A model generated the notes under the pieces. That model searched no databases. It was not told the origin of the DNA and saw only the letters and a program-made list of their open reading frames with translations. The position numbers and the translations under genes were made by a program. This document shows positions 57,396 through 60,607 of a DNA stretch of 60,607 bases, piece by piece. The stretch is from Candidatus Krumholzibacteriota bacterium. GTDB lineage: Bacteria > Krumholzibacteriota > Krumholzibacteriia > Krumholzibacteriales > Krumholzibacteriaceae. The DNA is taken from the NCBI GenBank assembly GCA_030667985.1, contig DAOUUU010000004.1:1-60607 (forward strand). Direction: 5' to 3'. The first letter of the stretch is position 1, and each line of letters opens with the position of its first letter.

Positions 57396-58793
57396 ATGGA
57401 TATGAAGCTCGGACAGTATATGCGCCAGACACAGCGGCTCGTCATGACGCCGCGGCTGCAGCAGGCATTGAAACTTTTGCAGATGCCGACCCAGGAGCTC
57501 CAGCAGGTGCTCAAACAGGAGATCCTCCAGAATCCCCTTCTCGAAGAGATTGACGAGGAAGTCGAGGAGACTATCGAAGACGAAGAGTCGGAAGAGGAAG
57601 ACGAAGACAAAGACAAAGATGAGATCGATTGGGACGACTACTTCGAGACAGGGTTCGGGTTGGGGAGCGGTTTCGCTGAGGAGGAGGAGAGGGAGGAGTT
57701 TCTAGAGCGGGTCCCCGTCGCAAAGCAGAGCTTTTCCGATTTCATGATGAGCCAGCTCAGGCTCGCGACCGACGACGAGCAGGATCTCGAGATCGGCGAG
57801 TACCTGATAGGAAGCCTCGACGACTCGGGCTATCTCACCTGCCCTCTCAAGGAAGTAGCCGACACATTCGGCGTTGCAGAGGAGAGGGTGGAGGTCGTGC
57901 TCAAGATCATCCAGACATTCGAGCCGTCCGGAGTGGGGGCGCGTAATCTGAAGGAATGCCTTCTCATGCAGCTAGCGACGAAGGATCTCCTCGATACGGT
58001 CGCGGCCCGTATCGTCGAGAATCACTTCGATGAGTTCAAACAGAAGAAATATCTCGATATCAGCAAGAAGCTCAAGATCTCGCTCAAGGAGATACAGGAA
58101 CAGGCAAAGGTTATAGGAACGCTCAATCCGAAACCCGGTCTCGATATTATCGCTGACGAGCCGAAGTATGTGATACCCGATCTTATAGTGGAGCGAGTGG
58201 GGGAAAAATATGTGGTTTTTCTCAACGATCGGAACATCCCGCGTCTCAGGATCAGCCAATCGTACCGCAATGAACTGCAGCGCAACCCCCGGATCAGCAC
58301 CGAGACGAAGGATTTCATCCAGGGGCGGCTCAAGAACGCCAAATGGCTGATCCAGACGATCGAACAGCGCAGGCGTACGATGATCAAGGTGATGGAGAGC
58401 ATAGTGGAGGAACAGCGGGATTTCTTCGATCATGGCGCGGTCCACATGAGACCCCTCACGCTTCAGCAAGTAGCGAGCAAGATAAGCATGCATGAGTCGA
58501 CTGTAAGCCGGGTTACGACAAATAAATACGTCCAAACACCCCGCGGCGTCTACGAGCTCAAGTTCTTTTTCGGCTCGGCTCTGGGAACCCAGTCGGGGGA
58601 CGAGGTCTCCGCGAAGAGCGCAAAGATCCGGATCAGGGAGATCATAGAGAATGAAGATTCCAAGAAGCCGTTGAGCGATCAGAAGATTGCGGATATACTA
58701 AAGAAGGACGGACTGATCATTGCGCGGCGTACTGTCGCCAAGTATCGAGAACAGCTTGGCGTACTTCCTGCTAGACATAGGAAACAGTACTGA
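57396..58793 (+). CDS. rpoN: RNA polymerase sigma-54 factor
   Basis: Region I PRLQQALKLLQ..NPLLE, HESTVSR and the RpoN box ARRTVAKYR. Confidence 0.99.
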   Translation: MDMKLGQYMRQTQRLVMTPRLQQALKLLQMPTQELQQVLKQEILQNPLLEEIDEEVEETIEDEESEEEDEDKDKDEIDWDDYFETGFGLGSGFAEEEEREEFLERVPVAKQSFSDFMMSQLRLATDDEQDLEIGEYLIGSLDDSGYLTCPLKEVADTFGVAEERVEVVLKIIQTFEPSGVGARNLKECLLMQLATKDLLDTVAARIVENHFDEFKQKKYLDISKKLKISLKEIQEQAKVIGTLNPKPGLDIIADEPKYVIPDLIVERVGEKYVVFLNDRNIPRLRISQSYRNELQRNPRISTETKDFIQGRLKNAKWLIQTIEQRRRTMIKVMESIVEEQRDFFDHGAVHMRPLTLQQVASKISMHESTVSRVTTNKYVQTPRGVYELKFFFGSALGTQSGDEVSAKSAKIRIREIIENEDSKKPLSDQKIADILKKDGLIIARRTVAKYREQLGVLPARHRKQY

Positions 58794-58826
58794 TCCGAGA
58801 AGTACTTGTTTTACAAGAGACGATAC

Positions 58827-59756
58827 ATGACATTACAGACTGAGTCCCGCCGCTCGAACAGATTGCCCCACTGGCTGCGGAGGCGGATACCTACCCTCGC
58901 CGAGTGCAGCCTGGTAGAGAGCACGGTCAAGAAACACGATCTCCATACGATATGCCGTGAGGCGCTGTGCCCCAACAGAGCCGAATGTTACTCAAAGGGT
59001 AAGGCGACATTCATCATTCTTGGTGACATCTGCACGAGGGGATGCCGTTTCTGTTCGGTAAAAAAGGGCGTGCCCTCCCTTCCCATGGAGGAGGAGGCCG
59101 GGAGCATAGCCCTTGCTGTGGATGAACTCGGTCTGAAGCATGTCATCGTGACATCAGTAACACGAGACGACCTGCCGGACGGTGGAAGCGGTCATTACGC
59201 CGCGGTGATACGTGCGCTCAAAGCGCTGGATCCCCCTCCTACAGTGGAGGTGCTTGTTCCCGATTTTGGTGGGAACGAAAGGGCGGCGAAGACCGTATTA
59301 CAAGCAGGTCCCGATATCTTTTCTCACAACATGGAGACCGTCAGGCGATTGTATCCGGAATTGAGGAGAGGCGCCGAATACGACAGGTCGCTTCTCCTTT
59401 TGGCCAATGCAAAGCGGGAAAACGAGGAGGTGATGACGAAGTCAGCAGTGATTCTCGGGTTGGGAGAGAATCGCAGGGAGATCCGTGTGCTCTTCGAGGA
59501 TCTCCGTAAAGCCGATTGCGATTTCCTGGCCGTCGGCCAGTACCTGCGCCCGGGAATGGATCAGGTGCCGGTTTCAGAGTATGTTCAGCCGGATCTTTTC
59601 TGCATCCTCGAAAAGGAAGCGTACAGATTGGGGTTTCTTCAGGTAACTTCAGGACCTCTTGTGCGCAGCTCCTATCAGGATATCCGTATAGACGATTTCC
59701 GGCCGGACCGGTGCCATACTGGTGATTCAAGCGTTGCGAGAAGGAGTGTGCCATGA
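58827..59756 (+). CDS. lipA: Lipoyl synthase
   Basis: CX4CX5C (CREALCPNRAEC), CTRGCRFC, TSVTRDDLPD, HNMETV, GQYLRP and RSSY; start at 58806 or 58827. Confidence 0.95.
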   Translation: MTLQTESRRSNRLPHWLRRRIPTLAECSLVESTVKKHDLHTICREALCPNRAECYSKGKATFIILGDICTRGCRFCSVKKGVPSLPMEEEAGSIALAVDELGLKHVIVTSVTRDDLPDGGSGHYAAVIRALKALDPPPTVEVLVPDFGGNERAAKTVLQAGPDIFSHNMETVRRLYPELRRGAEYDRSLLLLANAKRENEEVMTKSAVILGLGENRREIRVLFEDLRKADCDFLAVGQYLRPGMDQVPVSEYVQPDLFCILEKEAYRLGFLQVTSGPLVRSSYQDIRIDDFRPDRCHTGDSSVARRSVP

Positions 59757-60298
59757 AGCTGACAACGACAGCTAGACATTTCGAAGCCAGCCCCGAATTG
59801 TTGGATCATGCAGAGCAGAGGCTCGTCAAGCTCAAACGATTCTTTGATCATATTCTGCATGTTGATGTCATTATGTCTGTAGAGAATTTCAGGAATATCG
59901 CAGAGGTGAAAGTACATGTGAACGGCCATGATTTCACTTCGAAGGAAGAGTCGAAAGATATGATTCTTTCGGTAGACAAGGCCGCAAAAAATCTGGAGAG
60001 ACAGATGAAGAAATTCAAGGGCAAGATCATCTCAAATCATCATAAACCGAGGCCGGGCGGGGTCATCGAGTTCCCCGAGGAGATAGTCATAGATTCCGGC
60101 AGTGTCGGAAAAGAGGAGTTGGAGATCCTGGAGAACGTTCCGCGAGAGGTTCCGGACATCAGTGTCGAAGAGGCAATTATCCAGATGGAAGACAAAGAGG
60201 ATCATTTTCTTCTTTTCAATGAGAGGAATTCGGGTAAACTAAAACTTGTCTATAAACGCCCCGATGGTCACTACGGAGTGATCAAGACTTCGGATTGA
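59753..60298 (+). CDS. hpf: Ribosome hibernation promoting factor, long form
   Basis: TARH N-terminus, LERQMKKFK and C-terminal SVEEAIIQM...F..F...VYKRPDGHYG. Confidence 0.95.
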   Translation: MKLTTTARHFEASPELLDHAEQRLVKLKRFFDHILHVDVIMSVENFRNIAEVKVHVNGHDFTSKEESKDMILSVDKAAKNLERQMKKFKGKIISNHHKPRPGGVIEFPEEIVIDSGSVGKEELEILENVPREVPDISVEEAIIQMEDKEDHFLLFNERNSGKLKLVYKRPDGHYGVIKTSD

Positions 60299-60405
60299 TC
60301 CCGGCGTCCGGTGCGTTTACAGTTTGATCACGTATGCTGGAGGAATAGATACGGCAGCTGCCAGCGAGATCGGCAGTCGGAATTTCGTTCATACGAATGG
60401 AGGCG

Positions 60406-60607
60406 ATGGTGGGGTCGGAATACTCGGTTCAGCAGTTTTTCGATGAGACCTCCGAGGAATTCAATTTCGAGGTGCTTTCGGAGAATATCGAGAGCAAAAT
60501 CCCGATAACATCGACTGACATTCACAGGCCCGCATTCGCGTTGACCGGGTTTATGGAGAACTATCTCCACAAGCGGATCCAGATCCTGGGGGAGACGGAA
60601 CTGTTAT
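60406..60607 (+). CDS. hprK: HPr kinase/phosphorylase, 5' part (runs off the window)
   Basis: Not in the ORF track; translates MVGSEYSVQQFF...DIHRPAFALTGF...RIQILGETELL; GGAGG SD; expected after rpoN-hpf. Confidence 0.9.
   Translation, partial: MVGSEYSVQQFFDETSEEFNFEVLSENIESKIPITSTDIHRPAFALTGFMENYLHKRIQILGETELL

Noticed and set aside
57555-57705. GAA/GAG/GAC-rich low-complexity tract
   Set aside because: Encodes the normal acidic region II of RpoN; not a repeat element.

Overview
A gene-dense, mostly GC-rich bacterial chromosomal segment with about 53 CDSs. I found no tRNA, rRNA, CRISPR array, IS or phage gene. The LPS genes (kdsABD, lpxL, lptBC), lnt, and a secreted protein with a NxPNPFNP...SGVYFYRL FlgD/T9SS-type C-terminal domain suggest a Gram-negative FCB-group lineage such as Krumholzibacteriota, Latescibacterota or Eisenbacteria (inference only). 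The right 28 kb is housekeeping: ecfT-truA, tal, htrA, purB-purL-purQ-(tandem purS)-purF, a TIGR03960-like radical SAM, rng, mscS, rplU-rpmA, a two-subunit fumarate hydratase, kdsB-pyrG-kdsA-kdsD, and lpxL-lptC-lptB-rpoN-lipA-hpf-hprK. The left part is more accessory. Its most intriguing region is the first 9.7 kb. It holds two atypical sigma54 enhancer-binding proteins, each behind its own -24/-12 motif, and a sigma54-driven ZU5-like lipoprotein with an HF|S autoproteolysis-type motif. It also holds an HExxH metallopeptidase lipoprotein, an OPT oligopeptide importer and a stand-alone PqqD/RRE protein. A further -24/-12 motif sits in front of the rpoN operon. Other points of note are an unlisted 40-aa MetS-like ORF, a single-chain PurS dimer, a probable pseudo-peptidase lipoprotein, and a Tat-exported DUF362 protein paired with a NapH/NapG-like fusion. 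All family assignments come from motifs read by eye; no database search was run.
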